Source: Antechinus flavipes
Lineage: Eukaryota
Assembly: GCF_016432865.1 (NCBI RefSeq)
Contig: NC_067399.1
Coordinates: 550,808,001-550,872,000 of the forward strand
DNA: 64,000 nt
Reading direction: 5' to 3'
Below the pieces are notes generated by a model that saw only the letters and a program-made list of their open reading frames with translations, had not been told where the DNA came from and did no database searches. This document shows, in pieces, positions 36,251-49,190 of the stretch (the first letter of the stretch is position 1; every line of letters starts with the position of its first letter). Made by a program: the position numbers and the translations under genes.

Positions 36251-36529
36251 CAGTTCACTTATCTACTAAATACACTAAATATAGTGTATTTAAGTTGGCA
36301 GTTTACATGGCTTCATATGTATCTAGTTATTTATAAGTTGTATTCCCTATTTGAATGTATTCTCTTTGAGTAAAGAAACTTTTTTATCTATTTTTTTTTA
36401 AATTCTCAGAACTTAGGGTAGTGCCCGGTACATAGTAAGAGCTTAATAAATACCTGCTAACTGACTAACTATGAGGAACTCTTATCTTGTCAGGCTACTT
36501 TCTAAAAACATAAGTTGTAGAGAGACTGC

Positions 36530-36730
36530 AAGGGAAAGCTAGGTAGTACAATGGATAGAGTGCCAGGCCTGAGTTCAAATCCAACCTCAGACACTAGCTA
36601 TGTGACCCTGGAGAATTTATTTAACTGTGATTGACCCAGTTTCTTCATCTGTACTGAAGAAGGAAATGGTAAACCATCCCCATACATTGCCAAGAAAACC
36701 CCAAATGCAGTTACAAAGTGTAAGATATTA
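36530..36730 (+). mobile_element. Marsupial MIR/Mar1-type SINE
   Basis: gctaggtagtacaatggatagagtgccaggcctgagttcaaatcc..gccaagaaaaccccaaatg. Confidence 0.9.
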
Positions 36731-38319
36731 CTGAAATGTGTCTCTATCTGGATATAATCACAACCTTATGTCTCTCTATTTGGATATAACAACCTTGAGG
36801 ATGCTGTTATTACCTAATAGCATGGAAAGGGTATAGTCCCTAGGATCATACTTGGGAAAAGATATAAACTGTACATATTAGTCAACATGTTTTCACCAAA
36901 TTTTATCCAATGTTAGCCAAGTGTTTTCAACAAAAATCTTCAGAACAGGACATGCTTCTAGGAAAACAAGTATTAATGCTTCACCATGGCCTGGCCTAAA
37001 ATGCTAATGTACTAGGTCAAGTTAGCTCATCCTTTTGAGAATAACAGTAAGATGTGGATAAAGAGGAAAACAGATAAATAATCAGGCTCCATGAAGTTTA
37101 ATTGTTATGATTTGTGTATTTTTTCTCTCATTTTCCTCAATAAACTGGCTGTTGTACTTTGGGAAAAATGCAGTCATGAGCTAGTGTGGTATATCTATCT
37201 TTCTTTGAATTCTCCACATCTTCCAACATTGATCCAGCATTATTCTAGAACCAGAAGCCATAATGTATACTTCTTTGTAAGCTATTTGTAAGATTGCATA
37301 TGTAAATTACATATAGTGAACTTGGTTCAGACTATGTATGGTTTGAATAAAGATGAATTGTGATGACAAGTCCTATAAATCAGGCTGGGGGTTATGAATA
37401 AGTTCAGTACTGCTTCTAGAAATAGGACTGCCAAAGGGCATACAATTTATTCTGGATATGAAAAAGTCATGAATGGAAGAGAGGCTTCCAGGCTAGATGT
37501 GGCCTAGATAAATACTAGAAAATATGATTTGGTTTATGTAATATTCCCCCCACTTTATCAAAGGCTTATAAATTCAATATTTCAAAATTTGTAGGATTAG
37601 ATTGATAGTATAAATAATGTAATCTATTTCCAGGACCTGGTTCATCACACTGAATTGTTCTAAATTGCCACTTAGTACATAAACCAACACTATCTGATTG
37701 CACAACTGGAAAGGAAAATATAACATAAATACGGAAATATGATAGGCCAAAAGAGAACCTATAAAGATGAATGTAAAGTGGTCTCTGCAAAAGATTTGTT
37801 GTCGTTATCTGTCTTTACTGTCTTCTAGGTTTTCTTTTCTGAAAATAAGACACCAACTTGATAAAGCATTTCAAAGGTTTCTAAAGAACACTACAAATGG
37901 AATATATATAAAATAACCCCAAGTACTGCTTCACCTCAGTACCTCTCTTGATACATTCAGTTTACAGAAAGAGCTCATTATAGAAATCAATATATCTAAA
38001 CATTTCTTGGGCCATTTATGTGTTCAATCACTCTTTTGCAGGTCCTGGCTTCAAATGTACTTCTCTCATGATTTAATACACACTTAAAGGAAAAGTATCA
38101 GCTAGAATAAGGCACAATCCAAAGTTGTTGTTGTTATTGTTGTTAAACACAGAGGAACTACTATATCAAGGATTATTGATAACCACACTGAATGATATCC
38201 TGGAGCACCTTCAAACCACCTACCTTCAAGAGTTATAGCCACAGCTACTGAAGATCAAGAAAATACAGTTATCATCAGCGATTCAACATTAGAAACACAT
38301 GATTTTATCAGAAGAAATG

Positions 38320-39010
38320 ACATTAAAGGAAAGGCATTTGCCTCTGTGCCCTAAGGGCCAGAGGCATGCAACTGAACCTTCCAAACTCAATAAATTCCTT
38401 TCACCTCCAGGATACAAATTCTCCATTTGCTCTTTAAAGCCCTTCATAACCCAACCCCTTCTTACCTTTCCAGTCTTTGGATGCCTTCTACTCTTTGATC
38501 CAAAGATACTATCCTCTTGTACTGCACAGACCACACTCCATGGCTGTCTCCCATTTTATACTGTATTCCTGCCTCATCTTTGTCTACTAGCTTCCCTGAA
38601 TTCCTTTAAGAACCACTAAAATCCTATATTCTACAGGAAAACTTTTCCAACTCTTCATTACAGTTCCCTTTTTAAATTATTGACCATTTATTCTTTTTAT
38701 AGCTTGCTTAACATATATTTGATTGTATATGTATCTACATTGTTAGATTGTCAACTCTTTGAGGACAGGGGCTGTCTTTTTCCTCTTTTTGTATCCCTAG
38801 CACTTAGCATTGTGCTTCGAACATAATAGATGCTTAATAAATATTTACTGACCCTTTGAACATACGGTCTCTACCATCTCCTTCATTAGAATATATAAAG
38901 TCCTTGAGAGAAGAAATTGTCTCACTTTTCCATTTGTATCCTTAGCACTTGGTACAGTGCTTTGTCCACAGTCTACACTTAATAAAGCTTTTTTCATTCC
39001 TTCATTCATC
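38320..39010 (+). mobile_element. L2 3' region with two successive tails
   Basis: aactcaataaattcctttcacctccaggatacaaat..tttgtatccctagcacttagcattgtg..; second tail ttgtatccttagcacttggtacagtgc. Confidence 0.85.
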
Positions 39011-39097
39011 CTGAGATGGTCAGTCTGCTGAAATGCTTTTTATCTGTTTGTATCTATAAGAACCTTTCCAGTGAAGCTTTTGAAGGGCAATACTTAC

Positions 39098-39186
39098 CTT
39101 AGCAATGCTAGTTGGTTATGAATCTTGTTAAAGTCTTTTTCAATAGTCACTGAAGACTTTTGATGGCTATTACTATGACATGATTT
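39098..39186 (-). CDS. Candidate internal exon, 89 bp (KSCHSNSHQKSSVTIEKDFNKIHNQLALL)
   Basis: Consensus donor AAG|GTAAGT, acceptor catgttttcAG (a stronger alternative at 39229 closes all frames), open frame phase 0 to phase 2, in unique DNA. No homologue recognised. Confidence 0.35.
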
Positions 39187-41019
39187 CTGAAAACATGTTC
39201 ATTCAAGTGTGTACTCTGATCAAGGAATCTGGAAAAATAGGTAGGTAGCAAAATCAGGAGGCTTGCTGCAAACCCTGCCAGTTGCCCTCCATCTCTGAAT
39301 GGTAATCATAGTGGCTTATATCATAAACCTCTTTCCAAGTGAGGATGTTATACAAAAAACCTCTCCTATGATGCACTTCTTTTATAATTGCAGGCTGACA
39401 TCATGCCCAAACTATAATCCTTAAATTCTTTTTACCATGATAAATTGTAGATGGGTGGGAAGACTATATTGTCTAATATATTTTTAACTCACAGAGAATA
39501 CAAGGATACTTCAAGTTTTTAATTGACTAGAAGGAATACATTCTTGAGGATAGAGTCTGGAGCTTGGATACCATATGTGTGCCCTAGATTCAAAGGCTTT
39601 CCATCACCATTAATATAACAAGTCACAACTTCAAAGTCCTGGAAGGCATCTTAAGAGAAGGAAGGTGGTCACTGCTACATATCATGGTGGAATGGGAATA
39701 GAGAATGAGTGCTACCATTTTTTAAAAATAAAGTTTATATTAGTTCAAAGTCTCCTCTGGATTCCAACTTTCATCTTAGTTCTTTGGATATGCATTTTCA
39801 GAGAAACCCTTACTCCTCACTTTGCCCCATTTCTTTTCTATGATCATCTAGATCCCCTTTGGGATTCCATCCCTATTTCCTCTAAAAAGGGTCTGGTTTC
39901 CTTTAGCCCTAGTAATTGTCTAATTATTGGTATCTGTCAAGCTCCTTGTGGAACACAAGACACCAGTGATTTTTCCATTAAACTATATCCTTTCTCCCCA
40001 TTATTGCTAATTTTTATGAACAGAAAGAGATATTATATTGCTTGCAACATAAATAATGGGTATATCAAAATATGAGTAATATACCCTAAAAATTATATAC
40101 CATTTCCACTTTCGCATTTGGTCTGACAAATTATAAACTTTCCCCTCCCTTTGTCATTTATAGAGAATTTTGTGGTGCAAATATGAAGTTATTAAAATAG
40201 TTATGGAAAGTACATTAGAAAATACAAAAAAACTATAAATGAATCGTGTCTACCAGATAAAGTAGCTATTTGCCTCACTGGTCAGCTGAAACAAGTGGTA
40301 TAAACATTGGATAACATTTTGTACAGTTATTTCTACAAATGGGTAGCAGGAATACTTTTTTCTCAGCTGAGAGTCATCTTAACAAAATCAATGGAAATTT
40401 TTCTTTATAACTGTGAAAGGATGTGAATATTAAAATATTGAATTTAAAAAATTTTAAATCTGACAATTTATATATTAGTTGACAGAAATCTACGTTTGGC
40501 AGGGATACTTATTAGGAAATCCTCCTTACAATTTTGTGGCAAGATTATTTGCATGTAAATAGTTGTTTTTCACATAATGGTTTGATGCCAGTGCAATACA
40601 GGACCTTATATAATGCTGGGAATACAAACACAACAGCTAAATCTTGACAACTATTATACAATGAGCTACCAAGAGACTAAATAATTCTGTCATTTAGAAA
40701 TAGGAGATGCTTTTAAGAAGTAAGCAAGCCCAGAGGGAGCCTCTGATTTTCTAGGCTCACACTGGTTTTACTTACTTCTTAATTTGGCTCAGAAAGCTCT
40801 TTCTATTCCTTAATAACACAAGAAGTGGTTAAAGGAAAAAAGAAGTCACAGTCAGAAGAAACCTAACATCTCCTTCCATCTCTTCATTCTATAGGGGACA
40901 AAATAGGCCCAGTGAGGTCAAGCAATTGCCCAATGTCATAATCCGATGTCTTAGGCTATAAATCTGCAACAGGACCATTATGACAATAGTGCTAAATTTA
41001 CATGAGTCAGTGAGTTAGT

Positions 41020-41265
41020 AAAGCAGACTATGGAATGGTTTGTTGTTCTCTTTAAAATATATGTGCACCAACATGACAAATATAGAAATATGTTGAAAAG
41101 AATTGAACATATTTAACTTAGAGTGCTTGTTGTCTTAAGGAGGGGTGAGGTAAGGGAAAGAGGGAGAAAAATTTGGAATACAAAATCTTACAAAAATGAA
41201 TGTTGAAAACTATCTATATATGTCTTTGGAAAAATAAAATACTATTTAAAAAGTAAAAAATGTAT
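41020..41265 (+). mobile_element. L1 extreme 3' end
   Basis: gaaatatgttgaaaagaattgaacatatttaac..ggagaaaaatttggaatacaaaatctt..tgttgaaaactatct. Confidence 0.85.
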
Positions 41266-41274
41266 GTGCACAAA

Positions 41275-41830
41275 AACTTATACACATACACATATATGTA
41301 TCTGTTCATACACACATACAAAGCATTGTTTCACATATATAAACAATATCTATTATATATACATGTATACATATGTATAACTTTATCTATATTAGATACC
41401 TCCATTTTCTATATATATTTATAAATATTCAAATATACATATATGTACATATGTATGTATAAGATATATTCTTACTGAAGTTTTTTCCAAAACCTCATCA
41501 TCTGATCCTGGGTTCTTGAAGATGATTGTAGCAGAGGACAATCTTTTTTAAGAATAGAAAAGTTCTGAGTATGAGTCTGATGGCATTTATCATCTGAGCA
41601 CTATATGAACAAATATGTTCATTGTCAAAATGTTATCCATCTTTTTTTTTTGTTATCCATCTTTTAATAAATTTTATTAACTATCATAGCTAACAAAGAG
41701 GCAAAAAGGAGTTATATTTTATCTGGGTGGAAATGAGCCCTACCCTCAATTAAATCATAGATTTTTTGATGTACTGATATGTGTGTGTGTGTGTGTGTGT
41801 GTATGTGTGTGTGTGTTTCTGTATGTGTGA
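41275..41830. repeat. (TA/CA)n tract 41275-41470 and (GT)n tract 41780-41830
   Basis: Direct reading. Confidence 0.85.
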
Positions 41831-42304
41831 TATGTGTATACATAGTAAGTCAATGTCAAAAATATACTAATTTCACTTTTTGTTTTGTGTTTTGTAGATA
41901 GTATTTTTAATGTGCCTAGTTTCCCATAACATATCCTGGTATCTTATATGAAAATTAACAGGAAAAGTTAAGGTGGGTGGTAATCCCTAAAGAGCTAAAG
42001 TGTGATCACTTGGGGAAAAGGCTGGGGGGAGGCACAATTTCACTTGAGTATAAATGATAGTGACACTATCAGTTGACATTTAAATAAAACTGAATTTTAT
42101 AAGAAAAGAATTTCCCTTTAATGAGGGGCCAACATGTTCTTAGTGATCCTCTTACTGTAGGTTTACTTGCCTTCATCATTATAAAGGTAAGTGGGTTATC
42201 GCCATTGGGATAAGGTAATTACTTATTTTTTTCTCCTTCATTCCCTTCCATCTCAACTTCCTAAGACAACAGGCAATCTGATAGAAGTTAAATGTGTGCA
42301 ATCA

Positions 42305-42725
42305 TATTAAACAAATTTCCACATTAGTCATGTTGTGAAAGAAGAAACAGATCAAAAGGGAAAAGCTATGTGAGAAAAAAACCCACAAAGTAAGTGAAAA
42401 TAATATTCTTCAATCTGTGTTCAGACTCCATTAGTTCTTTCTCTGGATGTGGATAGCACTTTCCATCATGAATCTTATTGGAACTGTTTTAGATCACTGT
42501 ATTACTGAGAAGAGCTAAGTCTATCATAGCTGATCATCATAAAATATTGCTGTTATTCTATACAAAGTTCTCTTGATTCTGTTCATTTTATTCAGCATCA
42601 ATTCATGTACATCTTTCCAAGCATTTACTATTTTTATTTTTGAATAATAGTTTTTTTATTTTCAAAATACATGCAAAGATAATTTTCAACATTCATCCTA
42701 GTAAAACCTTGTGTTCCAAATTTGC
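42305..42725 (-). mobile_element. L1 3' UTR fragments (two adjacent ends)
   Basis: cagactccattagttctttctctggatgtggatagc..gctaagtctatcatagctgatcatcat; second poly-T end at ~42630. Confidence 0.8.
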
Positions 42726-42984
42726 CTCTACTACTTTTAAAGCAAGTGCTACATCTGCTGATGAAATGGCTAGTAACTAGCTAGACTATGAAGAGCATTC
42801 CCAGCCCCTTTTCCATTACTAGCCACAGAGGCTGAGAGGAGCTACAGATTTCTGAAAATGTTTAGAAAGGCATGGGACTAAGCATGGAAGTAACCAATGT
42901 CAGTGAAGAGAAAAATATCAGTCATGAGAATTGTCAAATAGAAAGCCAGGCCCTTTATGTCACAAATAACTATGACACAAGCAT

Positions 42985-43110
42985 AATCTGTATGGATATA
43001 TATACATATACACACACACATATATGTGTGTGTATATACATGTATATGTACATATATAATAAAGATATGTACAAAATATAAATACACACACACACACATA
43101 TATATATAGG
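42985..43110. repeat. (TA/CA/TG)n microsatellite
   Basis: Direct reading. Explains ORFs 42872-43081 and 42878-43099. Confidence 0.9.
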
Positions 43111-43419
43111 CAGTTCACAATTTCACCCACAATGTATAGATATGAATACTGATCATATTTTCTCTGAGAAATAACACTATAATTAAGAGTATGGGGGAGG
43201 AAGAAGAAGAGGCGAACTTGAACCCAAATCTTGATTCTGAGGAAAGTGCTTTATTATACCATGCTATTTTTTCCATCTTATTTCATAAAGTACTTTTTAA
43301 AATTGGCAGAAATTTAAGAAATAAATCATTCATTCAAGAGGCCTCATGTTTTGTGAAGTAAATACATTTAAATCACATAAAATGCCTTACATAAATTAAA
43401 ACTGACTAATATGTTACTA

Positions 43420-44170
43420 AGAGCAGCTAGGTGGTATAATGCATAGAATGCCAGGACTAAAGTCAAGAAGACTTCATTTACTAGCTATGTGACTTTGGAC
43501 AAGACACTTACTCCCATTTGCCTCAGTTTCCTCATCTGTAAAAAGAACTAGAGAAAAAATTGCCAAACTATTTCAATATTTTTTGTCAAGAAAACCCCAA
43601 GTAGGGTCATAGAGAGTCTTTACTACTTCACAAATAAAAAAAAATACTACTTCTAATAAGTAGTTTACATTTGATTAAAAATACATCTGTTTATAAATTA
43701 GGTTTTTTGGGGGTGGGTTAGACAATTCAAATAGCTAAAGTTTCTTAAAAGCTATCCATGGAAGTTTGAATTGATGTATTATTTTCTCTAAATAAATTAT
43801 TCTATAAAAAACATAGAAATAAACTTTTTTTAAAGAAATGGCCAGTACAGCACCTAAATATTTTAGTAAATGAATGAATAAAAAAAGCAGTAGGTGTGTA
43901 CTATGTGCAAAGTACTAGGGATACAAATAGAAAGTGGAGACTTTAAAACATTTTAAAATAGAATAGCAATTCATTTGCTCAAGATAACTGAGGTGCATTC
44001 CTATTTGTGGAGTGAGGAGAGTGCTAGGTTTGCAGTAAGAAATCTGCCTGGGTCACTTAGTCCTTCTGTAAATTTTTTAAATCAGTTAACTTTTGTCTCT
44101 CTATTGCCTCCTCTGTAAATGAGGGAATTATTCAACTAGATGTTGCTTTATGGCTCTAAATATATGATCC
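43420..44170. mobile_element. MIR/Mar1 (43420-43625 +), L2 tail (43850-43950 -), MIR3 (44000-44170 +)
   Basis: gagcagctaggtggtataatgcatagaatgcc..; gaatgaataaaaaaagca..ctatgtgcaaagtactaggg; aactagatgttgct..gctctaaatatatgatcct. Confidence 0.8.
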
Positions 44171-44317
44171 TATTTTCCTTCAATCAACTATAAAAAATAC
44201 TGAATAAACTCTTTCACATTTCTATGTCACTGTACTACCAAGAAAAAGGATGTTAAGAGAGTTATTGAGACATCTAATTGCAGGGAATAACATCAGCTTT
44301 GGAAGAATGCAGAACTA

Positions 44318-45046
44318 TGATCCAGCAGTGTTTCTATTGGGCCTATACCCCAAAGAGATACTAAAAAAGGGAAAGGGACCTGTATGTGCCAAAATGTTTG
44401 TAGCAGCCCTGTTTGTAGTGGCTAGAAACTGGAAAATGAATGGATGCCCATCAATTGGAGAATGGCTGGGTAAATTGTGGTATATGAATGTTATGGAATA
44501 TTATTGCTCTGTAAGGAATGACCAGCAGGATGAATACAGAGAGGCTTGGAGAGACCTACACGGACTGATGCTAAGTGAGATGAGCAGAACCAGGAGATCA
44601 TTATACACTTCGACAACGATATTGTATGAGGATATATTCTGATGGAAGTGGATTTCTCTGACAAAGAGACTTAACTGAGTTTCATTGGATAAACGATGGA
44701 CAGAAACAGCTACACCCAAAGAAGGAACACTGGGAAATGAATGTGAACTATTTGATTTTTGATTTTCTTCCTGAGTTATTTTTACCTTCTGAATCCAATT
44801 CTCCCTGTGCAGCGGGAGTACTGTTCGGTTCTGCAAATATGTATTGTATCTAGGATATACTGCAACATATTTAACATATATAGGACTGCTTGCCATCTTG
44901 GGGGGGGGAGAGAGGGAGGAGAAAAAACGAAACATAAGTGATTGCAAGGGATAATGCTGTGTAAAAATTATCCTGGCATGGATTCTGTCAATACAAAGTT
45001 ATTATTAAATAAAATTAAATTTTCAAAAAAAAAAAAAAAAAAAGAA
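44318..45046 (+). mobile_element. Young L1, 5'-truncated (ORF2 C-terminus, 3' UTR, poly(A))
   Basis: Open ORF2 end LGLYPKEILKKGKGPVCAKMFVAALFVVARNWK..WYMNVMEYY. Exact TSD gaagaatgcagaacta at 44302-44317 and 45047-45062. Confidence 0.95.
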
Positions 45047-46069
45047 GAAGAATGCAGAACTACAAAGTCTTGAGAATATAGTAAAATAGAAGAAACATAA
45101 GCAACTGTCCACTTAATTTGGTTCCAGAAAAGCAATTTTAAAATATTACAATATTTCTTATATATCATATGGACTAAGATAGCACTATCATTTCAATATT
45201 ATTCTGTTGAATTGTAATGGTTCAAACTTAATTAAAGAAAATGTAGCACTTTGGGGGTAACAGGATAGAGAGGCTTCCATCTCCATCCCCTTTAATTCAG
45301 AGCTGGTACAGATATTCTCCGACTGCTTCCTGTTGGCAATGATGATTTTTAAAATTGGCTGCTGGTTTCAAACTCTGGATATACTAAAGGGGAAATCCAC
45401 CCCTTCAGGCCTCTTCTTCCTGCTTGCTTTTGAACTATAAGAAGATTTTTTCACTTCCCACTTCCCCCCCCCAAACCTGGCTGTAAGCCAAAAATTAATA
45501 GGCTCCCAAGCAAGCCTATGTCTGTTATGAGGTCTCCCTCTGTTTGTATTTTTTTTTCCTTTTGGAATGGGATCTTATGAAATCTTTAAAAACCTGGCAT
45601 CTTTTTTTTTTTCCACAAGTACTTGCTGGCTACTAGTAACAGCCATAATTATCTAGAGGGAAAGAGAGAAACCACCAGAAAGAAAAGAGCTCACTTGATG
45701 TTGATTTGGCTGTGCCTAGTGAAGATGAAATGTAAAATAGCTAATGAGCAGCTCTGTATTAAAAGTCCAAATGAAGCCAGAATACTGCTGTCTCGCGTGA
45801 TTGTAATCATCCAATGATTCTTTATTACCTAACAGTTCCTTTCCTGTGTAGGAATAAAACTGCTTGTTCCATACTTCTTCCATGTTTATACTCAACCTAA
45901 TTTTTTTTAATTTCCTTTCCCATTCAGAGTAGAGACAAAAATAGAGTTGTTCCTTGGGAACATGAGATGGGAATAAAACTGAAGCACTGGAAGCTACTTC
46001 TCTTTGAAGATATGGGCAACCTCTAAACAAAGAATCTTAGATATGACTTCAAGAGAAAATAGAATATTA

Positions 46070-46295
46070 GGATAGGCCAGCTATATGGCTTCAAAACCTG
46101 GGGTCAGAAAGATATGAATTCAAATTCTGCCTCAGACACATACTAGCTGTGTGACTCTGGGCAAGTCACTTAGCCCTGTCTGCCCCAGTTTCCTCATCTA
46201 TAAAATGAATTGAGAAGGAAATGACAAACAATTCTAATATCTTTGCCAAGAAAACCCCAAATAGGATCATAAAAAGTCCCATGCTACTAAAACAA
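46070..46295 (+). mobile_element. Marsupial MIR/Mar1-type SINE
   Basis: gaattcaaattctgcctcagacacatactagctgtgtgactctgggcaagtcactt..gccaagaaaaccccaaatagg. Confidence 0.9.
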
Positions 46296-46304
46296 CTGAA
46301 AAAT

Positions 46305-46385
46305 AAAGTAGTAATAGTAGCAGCAGTAGTAATAGCAATAGTGATAGTAGTAGAAGTAGTAGCAGTGGTGGTGGTAGTAGTAGTA
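46305..46385. repeat. (GTA/GCA/GTG)n trinucleotide repeat
   Basis: Direct reading. Confidence 0.9.
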
Positions 46386-47060
46386 GAGTCAGCATTTATA
46401 TTATACTTTAAAGTCTGCAAAGCACTTTATAAGAATCTTATTTATTTTGCAGGTAGGTGGAGCAAATGCTGATACTAGAATAAAAAAGACTTGAGTTGGA
46501 ATATAAGTTTTCTCAACTGAAGATGGGAAATACAAGACAGAATTGCTGTGAGGATCAAATGGGATAATATTTCTAAAAGTATTTAGCACAGTACCTCATC
46601 AATAGGAGATACTACATTGATTCAATAAACATTTGTTAAGTGCCTATATGACCTGTGCCAGGTCATAATGCTAGGGATACAAAAAAGAGACAAAAGACAG
46701 TCCCTGCCCTCAAGATTACAGTTTAATGGGGAAGACAACATGCCAACAACTATATATAAAGCAAGCCATTTACAGAAAATAAATAACAGAGGAAAGGCTC
46801 TGTAAGTGAGATTGGGAAAGACTTCCTGTAGGAGGGTTTTAGTTGGGACTTGAAATGCTTATTTTCTTTCTTCTTCCCTTCCGCTCTTATTCCTTTTATT
46901 ACAACAATCCTGGGAAGTAGGTGCTGTTATTATCCCAGTTTTATAGATGAATAGAGGAAGACAGACAAGTAGTAAATGAGTTGCCCAGTTAATAAGTACC
47001 TGATTTGAACTCTTCCTGACCCAGTTCCATCATTCTGTGCCATACTGTGCCACCTAGTTA
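46385..47060. mobile_element. MIR fragments and an L2 tail (46615-46860 -)
   Basis: gtgaggatcaaatgggataat..; attcaataaacatttgttaagtgcc..agacagtccctgccctcaag; cctgggaagtaggtgctgttattatcccagtttt. Confidence 0.8.
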
Positions 47061-47139
47061 TCTGTAATATCAATATTATGTACAAACATGCTATCTTTAC
47101 TTTTTATGTAAAACATTTTGTTTGAAATGTTGGGATTCT

Positions 47140-47974
47140 CCAACCATTCTGGAGAGCAATCTGGAATTATGCCCAAAAAGTTATCAAACTGTGCATACCC
47201 TTTGATCCAGCAGTGTTTCTATTGGGCTTATACCCCAAAGAGATACTAAAAAAAGGAAAGGGACCTGTATGTGCCAAAATGTTTGTGGCAGCCCTGTTTG
47301 TAGTGGCTAGAAACTGGAAAATGAATGGATGCCCATCAATTGGAGAATGGCTGGGTAAATTGTGGTATATGAATGTTATGGAATATTATTGTTCTGTAAG
47401 AAATGACCAACAGGATGAATACAGAGAGGCTTGGAGAGACCTACATGGACTGATGCTAAGTGAGATGAGCAGAACCAGGAGATCATTATACACTTCGACA
47501 ACGATATTGTATGAGGATGTATTCTGATGGAAGTGGATTTCTATTACAAAGAGACCTAACTGAGTTCCAATGGATAAATGTTGGACAGAAACAGCTACAC
47601 CCAAAGAAGGAACACTGGGAAACGAATGTGAACTATTTGCATTTTTGATTTTCTTCCCGAGTTATTTTTTACCTTCTGAATCCAATTCTCCCTGTGCAAC
47701 AGGAGAACTGTTTGGTTCTGCAAATATGTATTATATCTAGGATATACTGCAACATATTTAACATATATAGGACTGCTTGCCATCTTGGCGGGGGGTGGAG
47801 GGAGGGAGGGGAAAAAACGAAACATAAGCGAGTGCAAGGGATAATGTTGTAAAAAATTACCCTGGCATGGATTCTGTCAATACAAAGTTATTATTAAATA
47901 AAATAAGATTAAAAAAAAATAAATTCTTCTACCAACATTCTTATTTTTTCTTACAAAAAAAAAAAAAAAAAAAA
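47140..47974 (+). mobile_element. Young L1, 5'-truncated, with a 35-bp 3' transduction tag
   Basis: Same subfamily as 44318-45046 (about 95% identical by eye). Exact TSD gaaatgttgggattct at 47124-47139 and 47975-47990. A-tract, unique 47920-47954, second poly(A). Confidence 0.95.
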
Positions 47975-48719
47975 GAAATGTTGGGATTCTGAAGTTTTAA
48001 ATCTATTGACAGAGAAGGCCTTGAGATACAGTTGCTGCTTTCAAAAAGCACCTGCCAAATTTTGCTATGGCTATCATGTTTAGCTTTATAATTTTATGTA
48101 TCATTTATCTTTCCCAATAAGTTGCTTATCAAGTGCGCGAGTAGATAATGTTCTTCCTGTAACACATAACTAGTCTGGCCATAAATAGTTTGTTTTAGTA
48201 TTAAATTCTTTGACAAAATGATCAGCCCAACTCTGAAAGCAAGGTTAGGACAGATAAGAAAACAGAGAGCCGCTAGTTTAGTTTGTGAGAATTTCCCCAT
48301 CCCAATTTCTTATAAAGTTTTGACTCCAAATTATGGAACAGAAAAGCCTTTTCTAAAGAAAAGGAAAAGCAGATAAATAAAATAGTTTAGGCAACCCCTG
48401 ATCTTTAATGCTTTGAATTCATTGCTGAGCTCATTTAAATCTTTTAACACCATAATTCACCTTTTATTTGTCAGTTTCTCTAGCAGTGACTGACTCACAC
48501 ACACAGAGACAAAAGCAGGCAACAGATGGTAGAAAAGGAAATGGGTTCCTATGAGTTTAAGTGAAAAAAAAAATGCACTCATTCCCTAAACCTTGGTTTT
48601 ATCATTAAGTCTAAAGAGAGATTTTTCTTTTCCATATATACATACTTTTATTTCACACCTGTGGCCCTTTTACTATTTCTTTCCCTCTTGTGTTGCTAGA
48701 GCTCAACTTTAGGGAATTA

Positions 48720-49159
48720 GAAATTCCAAGAAGTAGACATGAGAGTTTATGTTAGGCATAAAAATTTTGGGCAAAGGCACAAAGATGGAAAATAGGATGT
48801 TTTATGTAAAAATAGCAAGAAAATCAATATGGTGGTCTATAGAGTGCATAAAGGGAAATAATGTATAATAAGGCTGGAAAGATAAGTTGAGGAGAGCTTT
48901 AAGTGTTAGAAGATCTTGTGTTTGATTCTAAAGGTAGAATTATTGAATAAGAAAGTGATATATTCTTATCTGGGCGTTAATAACATCATTTTGGCAACTA
49001 TATTTCCAATCAAATAGAATAGATGGGAAAGTAGAGAGACCCTAGGTAGGAAGACTCATTAGGGGATTGTTGCAGTAGCCTAGGCAAGAAATAATCTAAA
49101 TAGGGATGATCATATGGATCATTATTGTAGATCATGGAAAATAATTATATGCGTGTGTT

Positions 49160-49190
<31 letters not shown>

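Noticed and set aside
39665-40075. Longest ORF outside recognised repeats (136 aa)
   Set aside because: GTG start, no recognisable domain, no convincing splice signals, and composition typical of translated non-coding DNA.
40530-40615. Minus-strand 86-bp exon candidate with an open frame
   Set aside because: Its acceptor (ttgtattcccag) matches an L2 tail remnant, and its phase does not fit the neighbouring 39186 acceptor.
44250-44642. 130-aa ORF, and similar ORFs at 9653-9907, 47213-47527 and 61121-62234
   Set aside because: These are L1 ORF2 C-terminal fragments of 5'-truncated insertions, not host genes.
44318-47918. The two similar L1s read as a local segmental duplication
   Set aside because: Different TSDs, different 5' truncation points and unrelated flanks show independent insertions.
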